Source: Phyllobates terribilis
Taxonomy: Eukaryota
Assembly (NCBI RefSeq): GCF_046119375.1
Contig: NW_027362765.1
Coordinates: forward strand, 395,870,001-395,934,000
Reading direction: 5' to 3'
Length of the DNA: 64,000 nucleotides
Shown: positions 38,637 to 51,107 of the stretch, in pieces
Layout: each line of letters starts with the position of its first letter
How positions within the stretch are numbered: position 1 is the stretch's first letter
Made by a program: the position numbers and the translations under genes
The notes under the pieces: generated by a model
The model's input: the letters and a program-made list of their open reading frames with translations, nothing else
Told to the model about the DNA's origin: nothing
Database searches by the model: none

Positions 38637-41600
38637 TCATTCCCACAGGAAGCGCACATACCAAATTGTGTCATTCTTTAACTGTGGTCCAAATAGTGGA
38701 TTGACTTGGGATAAGATGGTCACCAGCCAACTACAGAGGAAAGGAACATAGTCAGGAAATCTCAAGTGTCTCATACATAGTCATGTCCGCAAGTGTTGGA
38801 ACCCTTGAAAATGAAGTATTTCTCCCAGAAAATTATTGCAATTACACATGTTTTGTTATACACATTTATTTCCTTTGTGTGTATTAGAACAACCCCAAAA
38901 AGAGAAAAAAAAGGCAAGTTGAACATAATTTCACACAAAACCTCAAAAATAGGTCGGATATAATTATTGGCACCCTTCCAAAATTCTGGGTAAACAACTT
39001 TGTTTCAAGCATGTGATGCTTGTTCAAACTCACCTGTGGCAAGTAACAGGTGTGGGCAATACGAAAATCACAAAAAAGGGAGAAATTTACTCAATCTTTA
39101 CATTGTGACTGTGTGTGTGCCACACTAAGCATGGAGAACAGAAAGAGGAGAAGAGAACTGTCTGAGGACTTGAGAACCAAAATTGTTGAAAAATTATCAA
39201 CAATCTCAAGGTTACAAGTCCGTCTCCAGAGATCTTGATGTTCCTTTGTCCACGGTGCGCACTGCAGCTACACATTTCCATGGATGTGGACAGCAGAGAA
39301 AAGTTGATGAAAGCATACAACGCAGGATAGTCCTGATGGTGGTGAAACAGCCCCAATCAAGTTACAAAGAAATTGAAGCTGTCCTGCAGGCTCAGGGTGC
39401 ACAGTAACATAGTAACATAGTTTGTAAAGCCGAATAAAGACTTGCGTCCATCAAGTTCGACTTGTTAGTTAAGTAATTGCTAAAGTTGATCCAGAGGAGG
39501 GCAAAAACCCCAAATGATTTAGCCAATCTTCACCTGAGGAAAAATTCCCTCCCGACTCTGAAACCAGCAGTCAGAATAAATCCCTGTATCAACCTACTAT
39601 TTTATTTTATTTTTAAGTATATGCTGAAATCTGCCTGGTATCTAGAAATGCATCCAGTCCCCGCTTGAACTGGTGTAGTGAATCCGACATTACCGTCTCC
39701 TCACTCAGTGAATTCCATATTCTCACTGCTCTTACCGTAAAGAACCCCTTCCTATGCTGGTGCTGAAACCTTTTCTCTTCCAGTCTTAGTGAGTGCCCTC
39801 TTGTTACCGTAATATTCCTCCTTTTGAACAAATCCCGGGCAAGGTCTCTATACTGTCCCCTAACATATTTGTACACATTTATTATGTCCCCCCTCAACCT
39901 TCTCTTTTCCAGGCTGAATAGTCCTAGTTTTGCCAACCTCTCTGGGTATTGCAGTCCCTCCATTCCCCTTATTAATTTTGTTGCCCTCCTTTGTACCTTT
40001 TCAAGCTCATTTATATCTTTTCTATATATTGGGGCCCATAACTGAGCACAGTATTCCAAGTGTGGTCTGACCAGTGCTTTGTACAGTGGAAGAACAATGT
40101 TCTCATCCTTTGCAGCTATACCTCTTCTGATACATCCCATTACCCTGTTTGCCCTTACAGCAGCGGCCTGACTTTGGGCACTCCAATTTAGTTTGCTATC
40201 AATCAAGATGCCCAAGTCCTTCTCCATCTCTGAATTCCCCAATGATTTCCCATTCAGTGAGTACTGGTGACTTCCATTTTTCCTTCCCATATGTATGACC
40301 TTACATTTCTCCTCGTTAAACCTCATTTGCCATTTAATGCTCCACCTACCCAGCTTATCCAAATCCCTCTGTAGGTCTGCCCTGTCCTCTTTTGTATTAA
40401 TTGTTTTACATAACTTTGTCATCTGCAAATATTGATATTTTACTATTTATCCCGTTGACTGTCGTTAATAAAGATATTAAATAACATTGGGCCTAGTACA
40501 GACCCCTGTGGTACCCCACTAGTGACGCTTACCCAATCTGAGTATATTCCATTTATAACCACCCTCTACCTTCTATCCTTTAGCCAGTTAGCTACCCACT
40601 TGCAGACATTTTCCCCCAGCCCCATCATTCTCATTTTGTATACCAACCTATTATGTGGCACGCTATCGAACGCTTTTGAGAAGTCGAGATACACGACATC
40701 CACTGGTTCCCCCTGATCTACTCGAGAGCTAACCTCCTCGTAGAAGTCAATCAGGTTTGTTTGGCAGGAGCGATTCCTCATGAATCCATGTTGGTTCGGG
40801 GTTAATAGATTATTAGCATCAAGATGCTCCGTAATTGCCTCTTTAATGAAGCTTTCAAAAATTTTGCCCACAACGGACGTCAGACTCACCGGCCGACAGT
40901 TTCCGGCGTCACTTTTCGCTCCCTTTTTGAATATTGGCACTACATTCGCCTGTCGCCAATCAAGTGGCACAGACCCAGTCTCAACAGAGTCCTTAAATAT
41001 AAGATATAACGGTCTGTCTATCACATTACTTAGTTCCCTTAGTACCCGTGGGTGTATGCCATCAGGTCCTGGTGATTTGTTTATTTTAATGTTACTGAGG
41101 CGTTTCTGTACCCCAGCTTGGGTTAGATTTGTCATACTTAGTGGAGGATTAAGTTTGTCACTTCTCATTTCTCCTGTTAGTTCGATTTCCTTTGTGAAAG
41201 TTGTCGAAAAAAAATTATTTAATAGATTAGCTTTATCCTCATCTTTCTCTATGATTTTGCCTTCCTCACTTTTTATTGGTCCAATATTATTCGATTTAAT
41301 CCTTTTACTATTTATATACGTAAAGAACAGTTTGGGATTTGATCTACTTTCCCTAGCAATACGTCTCTCTGTTTCCTCCTTTGCTATTTTTATTTGTTTT
41401 TTACAGGTTCTCATTTTTTCCGTGTAACACATTAGTGCCTCCTTGCTGTTTTCCTGTTTTAATCTCTTGAATGCCTCTTTTTTGCTATTTAACGCCCCTT
41501 TTACGTTCTTATTCAACCATATTGGTTTCCTCTTATTTCTGGCCCTTTTATTCCCATACGGTATATACCTCTCGCACTGAGTATTCAGAATTCTTTTGAA

Positions 41601-44600
41601 GGTTTCCCATTTACTATTCGTATTCCTTTAAGAACTTTGTCCCAGTCTATAAGTTGAAGGTTTTCTTTCAGCTGATCAAACTTCGCCCTCCTAAAGTTTA
41701 ATGTTTTTGTTGTTCCCTTATTGATAACCCTACTGAAGGGCATTCTGAAGTCGATAATATTATGGTCGCTATTACCTAGGTGCCCCCCTATCTGTACCTC
41801 AGTTATTCTATCAGGCCTATTAGTCAATATTAAGTCCAACACGGCCTTCCCTCTCGTTGGTTCCTGCACTAGTTGGGAGAGATAATTATTCTTAATATTT
41901 GTCAAGAACCTTTTTCCTTTCTGAGATCTACAGGTTTCTGTTTCCCAGTCAATATCCGGGTAGTTGAAATCCCCCATTACAACCACTTCATTATGTTTTG
42001 CTACTTTGTCTATTTGTCCTAATAGCAGATTCTCATTCTCCTGTTATATTTGGTGGCTTATAGCAGACCCCCAGTAATATTTTATTATTATTTTTTGCCC
42101 CCTCTATCTCTACCCACATGGACTCGACCCCCTCTTCTCCCTCTCCTATATCTTCCCTTAGTCTGGGTTTTAGACATGACTTTACATATAAGCAGACTCC
42201 TCCGCCTTTCCCCTGTTTCCAGTCCCTTCTAAATAAACTATAATCTAATAAATTTACCGCCCAGTCGTAGCTATCGTCTAGCCAAGTCTCTGTTATACCT
42301 ACGATGTCATACCTCTCCTCCGATATAAGCGCCCGCAACTCATCCGCCTTATTGGTCAGGCTTCTTGCGTTGGTCAGCATGCAAGATAAAACTTTGGGGT
42401 TATTTAGCATCCTATTCTTCTCTAACGATCTAACTGCACTATCCCCACCCCCCTCTCCACCCTCATTATATTCACTTCTCCCCTTCCCCCTTGCTTGCCT
42501 CACATCCCACCTATCTCCTTGGTTTCCCCCCCCCCCCCCCCCCCGTCTCTAGTTTAAAAACTCCTCCAACCTATTAGCCATCTTCTTCCCCAGCACCCTC
42601 CCCATTGAGGTGCAGCCCGTCCCTACGGTAGAGCCTGTAGCCGACCGCGAAGTCGGCCCAGTTCTCCATGAACCCAAACCCTTCTGCCTTGCACCAACTC
42701 TTTAGTGTCAGTGCAAACTATCAGTCGACATTTGAATAAAATGAAACACTATGGAGGGAGACCCAAGAGGACCCCACTGCAGACACAGACAAAGAAGCTA
42801 GACTTCAGTTTGCCAAAATGTACGCGAGTAAGCCAAAATCCTTCTGGGAAAGCATCTCGTGGACAGATGAGACCAAGATAGAGCTTTTTGGTAAACCACA
42901 TCATTCTACTGTTTACCAAAAACAAAATGAGGCCTACAAAGAAAAGAACACAGTACCTACAGTCAAACACGGTGGAGATTCAAAGATGTTTTTTTTTTTT
43001 TTTTGCTGCCTCTGGCACTGGGTGTCTTGACTGTGCAGAAAGCATCATGAAATCTAAAGATAACCAAAGGATTTTGGGTTGCAATGTAGTGCCCAGTGTT
43101 AGAAAGCTGAGTTTGCATCCTAGGTCTTGGGTCTTCAAGCAGGACAATGACCCCAAACATACTTCAAGAAGCCCCCAGAAATGGATAGAAACAAAGCGCT
43201 GGAGAGTTCTGAAGAGGACAGCAATGAGTCCGGATCTAAATCCCATTGATCACCTGTGGAGAGATCTTAAAATTGCTGTTGGGAGAAGACGCCTTCACAT
43301 ATGAGAGACCTGGAGCAGTCTGCAAAAGAAGAGTGGTCCAGAATTCCAGGTGAGAGGTGTAAGAAGCTTGTTGATTGTTATATGAAGTGACTGATTGCAA
43401 TTATTTATTCCAAAGGGTGTGCAACCAAATATTAAGTTCAGGGAAGCAATAATTTTGTTCGGCCCATTTTTGGGGTTGTGTGTGAAATTATGTCCAATTT
43501 TTCTATTTTTTTGTGTTGTTCCGATACACACAGAGGAAATAAATGTGAAATTGAAATAATTTTCTGGGAGAAATACTTTTATTTTCTGGAACAATTTCAA
43601 GGGTGCCAACACTTTCGGCCAAGACTATATCCAATCATATACATTATACACTGCTCAAAAAAATAAAGGGAACACTTTAAACAACAGAATATAACTCCAA
43701 GTAAATCAAACTTCTGTGAAACCAAACTGTCCACTTAGGAAGCAACACTGATTGACAATCAATTTCACATGCTGTTGTGCAAATGGAATAGACAATAGAT
43801 GGAAATTATTGGCAATTATCAAGACACCCTCAATAAAGGAGTGGTTCTGCAGGTGGGGACCACAGACCACATCTCAGTGCCAATGCTTTCTGGCTTATGT
43901 TTTGATCACTTTTGAATGTTGGTTGTGCTTTCACACTCGTGGTAGCGTGAGACGGACTCTACAACCCACAGAAGTTGCTCAGGTAGTGCAGCTCATCCAG
44001 GATGGCACATCAACGCGAGCTGTGGCAAGAAGGTTTGCTGTGTCTGTCAGCGTATTGTCCAGAGGCGCTACCAGGAGACAGACCAGTAACACCAGGAGAT
44101 GTGGAGGGGGCCGTAGGAGGGCAACAACCCAGCAGCAGGACCGCTACCTCTGCCTTTGTGCAAGGAGGAACAGGAGGAGCACTGCCAGAGCCCTGCAAAA
44201 TGACCTCCAGCAGGCCACAAATGTGCATGTGTCTGCACAAACTGTTAGAAACCGACTCCATAAGGGTGGTATGAGGGCACGAAGTCCACAGATGGGGGTT
44301 GTGCCCACAGCCCAACACCGTGCAGGACGCTTGGCATTTGCCACAGAACACCAGGATTGGCAAAGTCGCCACTGGCGCCCTGTGCTCTTCACAGATGAAA
44401 GCAGGTTCACACTGAGCATGTGACAGACGTGACAGAGTCTGGAGACGCCATGGAGAGCGATCTGCTGCCTGCAACATCCTTCAGGATGACCGGTTTGGCA
44501 GTGGGTCAGTAATGGTGTGGGGTAGCATTTCTTTGGAGGGCCGCACATCCCTCCATGTGCTCGCCAGAGGTAGCCTGACTGCCATTAGGTACCGAGATGA

Positions 44601-47600
44601 GATCCTCAGACCCCTTGTGAGACCATATGCTGGTGCGGTTGGCCCTGGGTTCCTCCTAATGCAGGACAATGCCAGACCTCATGTGGCTGGAGTGTGCCAG
44701 CAGTTCCTGCAAGATGAAGGCGTTGAAGCTATGGACTGGCCCGCCCGTTCCCCAGACCTGAATCCGATTGAGCACATCTGGGACATCATGTCTCGCTACA
44801 TCCACCAACGTCACATTGCACCACAGACTGTCCAGGAGTTGGTGGATGCTTTAGTCCAGGTCTGGGAGGAGATCCCACAGGAGACCATCCGCAACCTCAT
44901 CAGGAGCATGTCCAGGCGTTGTAGGGAGGTCATACAGGCACGTGGAGATCACACACAATATAGAGCCTCATTTTGACTTGTTTTAAGGACATTACATCAA
45001 AGTTGTATCAGCCTGTAGTGTGTTTTTCCACTTTAATTTTGAGGGTGACTCCACATCCAGGCCTCCATTGGTTAATAAATTTGATTTCCATTGATAATTT
45101 TTATGTGATTTTGTTGTCAGCACATTCAACTTTGTACAGAACAAAGTATTCAATGAGAATATATCATTCATTCAGATCTAGGATGTGTTATTTCAGTGTT
45201 CCCTTTTATTTTTTTGAGCAGTGTACATTGCTCTGCACCTCTGTCATGTACCCTCCCCATTAGCTCCAGCACTAAGCAGACCTCCATAGGAGCCAAGCGT
45301 GCTCACTAATGCTGCAATATCACCGGCCACTGGGACCTAGGGCTGCACTAAGTCTCCGTCAGTACGACAGGTGATGAACTAAGCGGTGGTGCATATGGTA
45401 AGGGGGCATTTCACAGCCTCATTGTCGGGATCAATAGGGGCACCGATCACCTATCCATCTACAGGAGGCCGGGCAAATGGCTGATGCATTTGGGACTAGC
45501 ATCCTTACTCATGGCGGAGCCATATTATTGGTCAGGAGGAAGCCAAGTGACTTGCAGATAGGACTAACGATAAGATGGTAACTTATATGGATACTTGATT
45601 TGTAATAAATGACATGATCAAGACTCCGGTCTTGTAACAGCTGATACTCTGATCTTGTGCCGATTGTTTCTACTATGTTCGGTGTGTGATAAATAAGGAA
45701 AACGCATTAGACGTTCCCATGGCCTCTTCTACACTGTGTTCCAAATTATTATGCAAAAAGTGTTTAGGAGTGATAAGGTAAGAATTTGTTTGTTTGTCAG
45801 TTAAACTCATTGATGGTGATGTGTGTCAGGGCTCTTTATATCACTGTAAGCAATTGCAGACACCTGTGCTAATTAGTTTGGCAGGTGTGTCCAATGAAAG
45901 GCAAGACTACTTAAGAAGGCTGTCCCACATTATTAAGCAGCCTACATTTTCTGCCAAAATGGGAAAGAAAAAGGATGTGTCGGCTGCTGAGAAGCAACAA
46001 ATTGTGGAGTGTTTAGGTCAAGGCATGACTACAATCAACATTGCCAAGACACTTCATCCTGATCATCGCACAATCAAGAAGTATGTAGCTGATTCACAGT
46101 ACACACGTGTGCGTGCTGATAAAGGAAAACTGAGGACTCTCTCCTACAGGCAATTACATCAGGTTAAAAGAGCAGCGGCAAAAAAGCCTTGTCATAGCAG
46201 CAGACAAGTTTTTGAAGCTGCTGGTGCCTCCAACGTCCCCCGAACAACAAGATGCAGGGTCCTTCAGAGGTTTGCAGCTGTGTGTAAGCCATCCTGTCGA
46301 CCTCCTCTATCCACTGCACACAAGCAGAAACGGCTCCAGTGGGCCAAACAATACATGAAGACTGATTTCAAAACTGTTTTGTTCACCGATGAGTGCCGTG
46401 CAGCGCTCGATGGTCCAGATGGATAGAGTGGAGGATGGCTGGTTGATGGACACCCCATGCAAACACGGCTACGGCGCCAACAAGGAGGAGGTGGAGTAAT
46501 GTTTTGGGCTGGAATCATGGGGAGAGATATTGTCGGCCCTTTTAGGATCCCTGAAGGGGTAAAGATTAACTCCATAATGTATGTTGAGTTTCTCAAACAG
46601 CACTTCCTGCCATGGTTCAAGAAGAAGAACCGTGTATTTCACAGCAAGATCATTTTCATGCATGATAATGCCCCGTCTCATGCTGCACATAACACATCTG
46701 CATCTCTGGCTGCTATGGGCATAAAAGGGGACAAACCTATGGTGTGGCACCCATGCACCCCTGACCTCAACCCCATTGAGAACCTCTGGAGCATCATCAA
46801 AAGGAGTGTCTATGATGGCGGGAGGCAGTTCCCATCTAAGCAACAGCTCTGGGAGGGTATTCTGTCCTCATGCAAAATAATTGGAGCAGAAACCATCCAA
46901 AACCTGACAAATTCAATGGACGAGAGAGTTCAGAAGCTCCTTTCGAACAAGGGGTCCTATGTGCAAATGTAACATCACCTAGAATAAAGTTTTGAGTTGA
47001 AAACTGTTTGATTTCAGTTTGTAATAACCGGCTAATGCTTATATTTTCAAAATGACCATTTTTTTTGTTCTTTATTAAAATGAAAAGGTTGAAAACTCTG
47101 CTGTGCATAATAATTTGGAACATGTATTTTGAGTGCAGTTTGAGTGTTTTATTTTTATAAAAATATACTGTTATCATAGGCAGTTTGTACAAAAACCTTT
47201 CAATTGTACTCTAATAGTTATGTGACTGGAAAATTACAATGACTGCAATTCATATAGGTAATTTGGGAAAATCTGAGAATATTATTTGCATAATAATTTG
47301 GAACACAGTGTAGATGAGGCTTTATTCTTTGGGAATAAAGTTGGATATCTTATATGAAGAGCTCCTTGGATACCGGATTAGTTGTTTCTTATTAGTTTGG
47401 GTTTTCAGATTGACTGCAGTGATCAGAAATGGTGGCTGCCGTTTACCTACACAGCCGCGCATCCATCGATGATCACAATGCTTTCGGCCGCGGTCAATTT
47501 GAAAACCGCAACGATCTTGCAGTATCGGCTCCAACTTGTAAACCTGACGTCACAGCAATTCTCTTATAAGGCAACAAAATGAAGATACTTACAACAGATA

Positions 47601-48572
47601 GCAGCAGACGGCGGTAGTGACCAACATGGTGATGATCACCCTGAGGGAGAGAAATGAGAGGTGTGAAGTCTAATCTAGTGGCACCAGACAGCTACAGATG
47701 ATTCTCCCTGAGAATCTGCCTCCAGAGCTTATTATACATGAGATGGGGCATTACCAGTGTGAGATCAGACTGTCAGTCATTACATGTCTCACACCAGTAA
47801 CGTCCCATTCATTTATAATAAGCTCTGGAGGCAGATTTTCCGGGAGATCTATGTCCGGCCCATAGATCTTAACAGCTCATTTACATATTAAGAAAAACAT
47901 GAATTTCTTTGGAATAAGACATCGGATCGCAAATATGAAGGTGTAATTTTATTCAGCTTCCTATGACCTACATGTCCATATAGACGGCTCAGGAAGGTTA
48001 ATCCCACTGACAGATTCCCTTTAAGTAAATCACATTGGGATTAGTGACTGTTGTGAGTATTTGCGATCCATGGGCTTCACTGTAGAATATGGTGGAATTA
48101 CACAGAATAAAGCACAATAAATACATGTTTTTTTTGCGGTGTTGATTAATCTTCAATTATTTCTATTCCAGCTATAATTGTCCGCAGCCTCATAAAATCT
48201 GGAGAAAGACGCAGCAGAGCCGATTTGGTCATTGTGAGCTCAGCCGGCTCTGCTACATTTGTGGGTTGATCGGGTTTAGTCCAATCGTGGGGTCTGCAGA
48301 TTGTATGGAGGTCACTGCTGCCCATCACACATAGTACTACTACCCCCATCATCCAGACAGACTTTATACAGGGATGATAGCACTGGTGTGGGACTACAGG
48401 GCTAAGGATAACGCTTTAGTGTAGACTGCAGTCTATGGCAGCAGTGATGATGATGAGGAGCCTCTTACCCTCTGTTGGGTCCTTTCGGGACGAACCATGG
48501 GGCGGCGATGCCGATGATGCCCCAGAAGGTGGTGAAGATGATCATGGGCACCGTGAGGGAGTGCGCGGTCAT
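38637..48572 (-). CDS. ATP6V0E2: V-type proton ATPase subunit e2, spliced, 81 aa
   Basis: Exons 48572-48469 (104 nt), 47640-47593 (48 nt) and 38730-38637 (94 nt), all GT-AG. Protein [81 protein letters not shown]. The MTAHS start and WYVRFLWE end match e2 rather than e1. Confidence 0.95.
38778..43627 (+). mobile_element. Tc1-like element with long TIRs, interrupted by a CR1 LINE
   Basis: TIR AGTCATGTCCGCAAGTGTTGGAACCCTTGAAA pairs with the end at about 43590-43627. Transposase starts [21 protein letters not shown] at 39131 and resumes after 42702 ([18 protein letters not shown]...DLNPIDHLW); frameshifted. Confidence 0.9.
39402..42701 (-). mobile_element. CR1 LINE, 5'-truncated, about 3.3 kb
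   Basis: Minus strand: ORF1 esterase tail ([10 protein letters not shown]), endonuclease (TNARSL, GITETWL, MGDFNYP, SDHN), RT ([13 protein letters not shown]) and a (CTATGTTA)n 3' tail at 39402-39420; several frameshifts. Confidence 0.95.
43649..45223 (+). mobile_element. Full-length Tc1-like element (DD34E) with frameshifted transposase
   Basis: TA|CACTGCTCAAAAAAATAAAGGGAACACT...AGTGTTCCCTTTTATTTTTTTGAGCAGTG|TA; motifs FTDESRF and QDNARPH...DLNPIEHIW with 34 residues between D and E. Confidence 0.93.
45732..47310 (+). mobile_element. Full-length Tc1-like DD37E (TRT-like) element; transposase 45959-46972 with one in-frame stop
   Basis: TA|CACTGTGTTCCAAATTATTATGCAAA...TTTGCATAATAATTTGGAACACAGTG|TA. 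ORFs 45794-46426 and 46457-46972 are in the same frame, split by TAG at 46424. Motifs FTDEC and HDNAP-(37 residues D to E)-NPIE. Confidence 0.93.
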
Positions 48573-48619
48573 CCTGCCGGATCAGCGCCCGATACAAAGT
48601 GTCACCGCCTGGAACGCCG

Positions 48620-48800
48620 AGAATCTCCGCTCACACCTGCACTTCCGCTCTGCTCGCCTGCCATTGGCTGCCGCTCCCCTCTCCGACAGATCCTATTGGC
48701 TGAGCGGTGAGTCAGTCCGGAGCAGTGATTCCCCCTCATCCAGGAGCATCACATCCTTCAGAGATGTGTCTGCAGCCTGGGGAACTACAACTCCCAGCAT
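48620..48800 (-). promoter_or_regulatory. ATP6V0E2: ATP6V0E2 promoter
   Basis: Minus-strand CCAAT boxes at 48663-48667 and 48695-48699 (32 bp apart), ETS CGGAAGT at 48641-48647, and ACTACAACTCCCAGCAT at 48784-48800; CpG-rich. Confidence 0.7.
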
Positions 48801-48962
48801 CCCCTGTGTGGTGTATTAACTGCTTGTTGTCATTTCATTGAAAGCATTGGCGAATGACCCTGGGATTTATAAAGTGATCAAAGCCACTGAGATTAAAGGG
48901 ATTGAGGTGCAATAATAACAAAAAAAAAGAAAAGGATGTGATATTCTGTAAGTCCACAGTCA

Positions 48963-49413
48963 GGCTATGTTCACACATCATGTTTATTTCAGCTTTTTTT
49001 TTTCAGCAGCAAAACCTGATCTTTTGCCAGGAGGTTGTTCAGGATTTTTCTTGCGTTTTTGCTTATTTTTTGGTGCGTTTTTTTCACTGTTCTTTTGTCT
49101 CTTTTATGCATGTGCATAAAGTTCAGTGAAAAAAAAAAAAAATCTCATTCTGGTTTTGGCACAAAAAAAAACGCTGAAAACTTGACACCTGCGTTTTTTT
49201 TCACCACCCATTACTTCCAATGGGTGAAAAAACGCTGAATGATGTGACAGGCTGTATTCTGCAAAAAAAACCACACAAAGCACAAAATCCTGAACAACAA
49301 CAAAAAAAAAACATGATGTGTATACGAGATATCTGGAATCTCATAGACTTTGCTGGTATTGCAAAATGCAGCTGAAAATTAGCATAAAAAAACCATGATG
49401 TATGAACATAGCC
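48963..49413. mobile_element. PIF/Harbinger-like MITE
   Basis: GGCTATGTTCACACATCATG...CATGATGTATGAACATAGCC with TCA / TTA flanks, close to a TWA-type TSD. Confidence 0.65.
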
Positions 49414-50315
49414 TTACAGTCTCCTAAACTGTGTATTCTGGACGTTGTAGAGTTAAATATTAAACACCCTGCACAGTGGGGTAACAAAGCTTGTGGGCAG
49501 CGATGTCATATTTCCAAAAAAATAGCCCTAAATCATCACAGGTCCTTAATAGGATCAGTCTCATATTGGCCAAAGGGACGATATTTGGCACCCCCAGGAT
49601 CCAGGTACAACTGCAACTTCGGCGGCCACTTTCGAGTGCGTAGCGGCTGCTACGTAAGACCCTTCCCTGATTGGGATCCTTATTAATATGTTATTTTCAA
49701 GAGGTCGCTCAGGTTTGGTATTGATAGCCCATCGTTAGCATAGGTCATCAGTATTAGTTTGGTGGAGGTTCAACACTACCCCCCCACCACCGATCAGCTG
49801 ATAAGTAAATAGTGTACAGCACAGCTCCATTCACTGTGTAGTGGTCATTCCTGGGTACTGCAGCTCCGCTCCCATTCACTTCAATAGGAGTTGAGTTGCA
49901 GTACCTTAGAACGGCCACAACACAAAGTACAGCGCTGTTCTGCCCGGATTCTGCACACTGTGTAGGTCCAGCAGCCACAAGTCCTGTTAACAGCTATCAT
50001 AAGTCCAGACAGCCCCTTTAACTCTTTCCTTGCGCAGCTGCTAGGGCATACAGCTTGCAGCTGTCCATGGACTAGAAAAGCCTGTGCAAACCCAGGTGAC
50101 CCACATTTCATTTCTGGCAGTTCGGAGATCTACATGTTTTAATCTGGGAAATTTGAAAAGCTTGTTAAGCTCTATGGGAAAGGATGGGGGTGACCCAGGA
50201 TGGCTGTAGGGAAAATAGGGGGTAGTTAGTCACATTTGACTCCAGAATACTTTGTTATAAAGAGGAGTTCCAGAAATCTTCTGGTTTGTTCAGATGCAAC
50301 TTTGCAAACTTTTAA

Positions 50316-50654
50316 AGGGTTGTCCGCTCTTAAACTACAAGTCTTCAGTCTCTCTATGGGATTGCAGACTTGTGAATCCTCACATTGTGTGCACTGCAAA
50401 GCTCCTCTGGCACTGGGAAGTCATATGACCGCAAGTATAGGACATGCATTCTTCCGGCCACATTCCGACTAGACGTGTCCGGCCTCGCTCAGTACACTTG
50501 GATTGAGAGAGGCTGCACCCATCTAGTTGGCACGTGACAACATTAATGCAAATCACATACTTGCCGTTATGCACCCGCTGCTCCTGACACCAGCATTGGA
50601 GAATCCTCACAAGGATTCACAAGTCTGCAGTCACTCTAAGGCCGGACAACACCT
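50316..50654. mobile_element. T2/Kolobok-type MITE
   Basis: TTAA|AGGGTTGTCCG...CCGGACAACACCT|TTAA. Confidence 0.8.
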
Positions 50655-50658
50655 TTAA

Positions 50659-51107
50659 AGAAGCCGCCCTCCTCCTCCCATCAAAATTTTTATCCTTTTA
50701 ATATAGTGCAGCCATCATATTATATAGCACTGTGTACTTACAATTGCTTATTTTTCCTTTCTTCCCAGCTAATTCTTCTCTTTTTCATTAGGTCTATGAC
50801 ATCACGTGATTAAAAAATGGCTAGCTGAATCCTCCTAAACTCTATGTAGAAACAGAAGGTCAATTTTCCCTGTATAAGTCATGAGTGTCTGCAAAAGTCC
50901 CCGGCAGGGGGAGGAGGGAGCAGGATCAGGAGTTGAAGAGGGGAATGATAAATGTAAGGACAAGAGACTTCTTATTTCTACATAGAGCAGAGAAAAGAGA
51001 AGAATTAGCTGGGTAGAAAGGCAAAATGAGCAATTGTAAGTAATATGACGATTGCAATATATTAAGAGGATAATAACTTTAATGGGAGGAGGAGGAGGAG
51101 TGCTTCT
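50659..51107. mobile_element. TTAA-flanked MITE sharing a TTAA with the previous element
   Basis: TTAA|AGAAGCCGCCCTCCTCCTCCCATCAAA...TTTAATGGGAGGAGGAGGAGGAGTGCTTCT|TTAA. Confidence 0.8.

Noticed and set aside
42888-43304. Apparent DD34D (mariner-like) triad in the first Tc1
   Set aside because: The context (QDNDPKH, DLNPI-HLW) is Tc1-type; an E-to-D mutation in a decayed copy is more likely.
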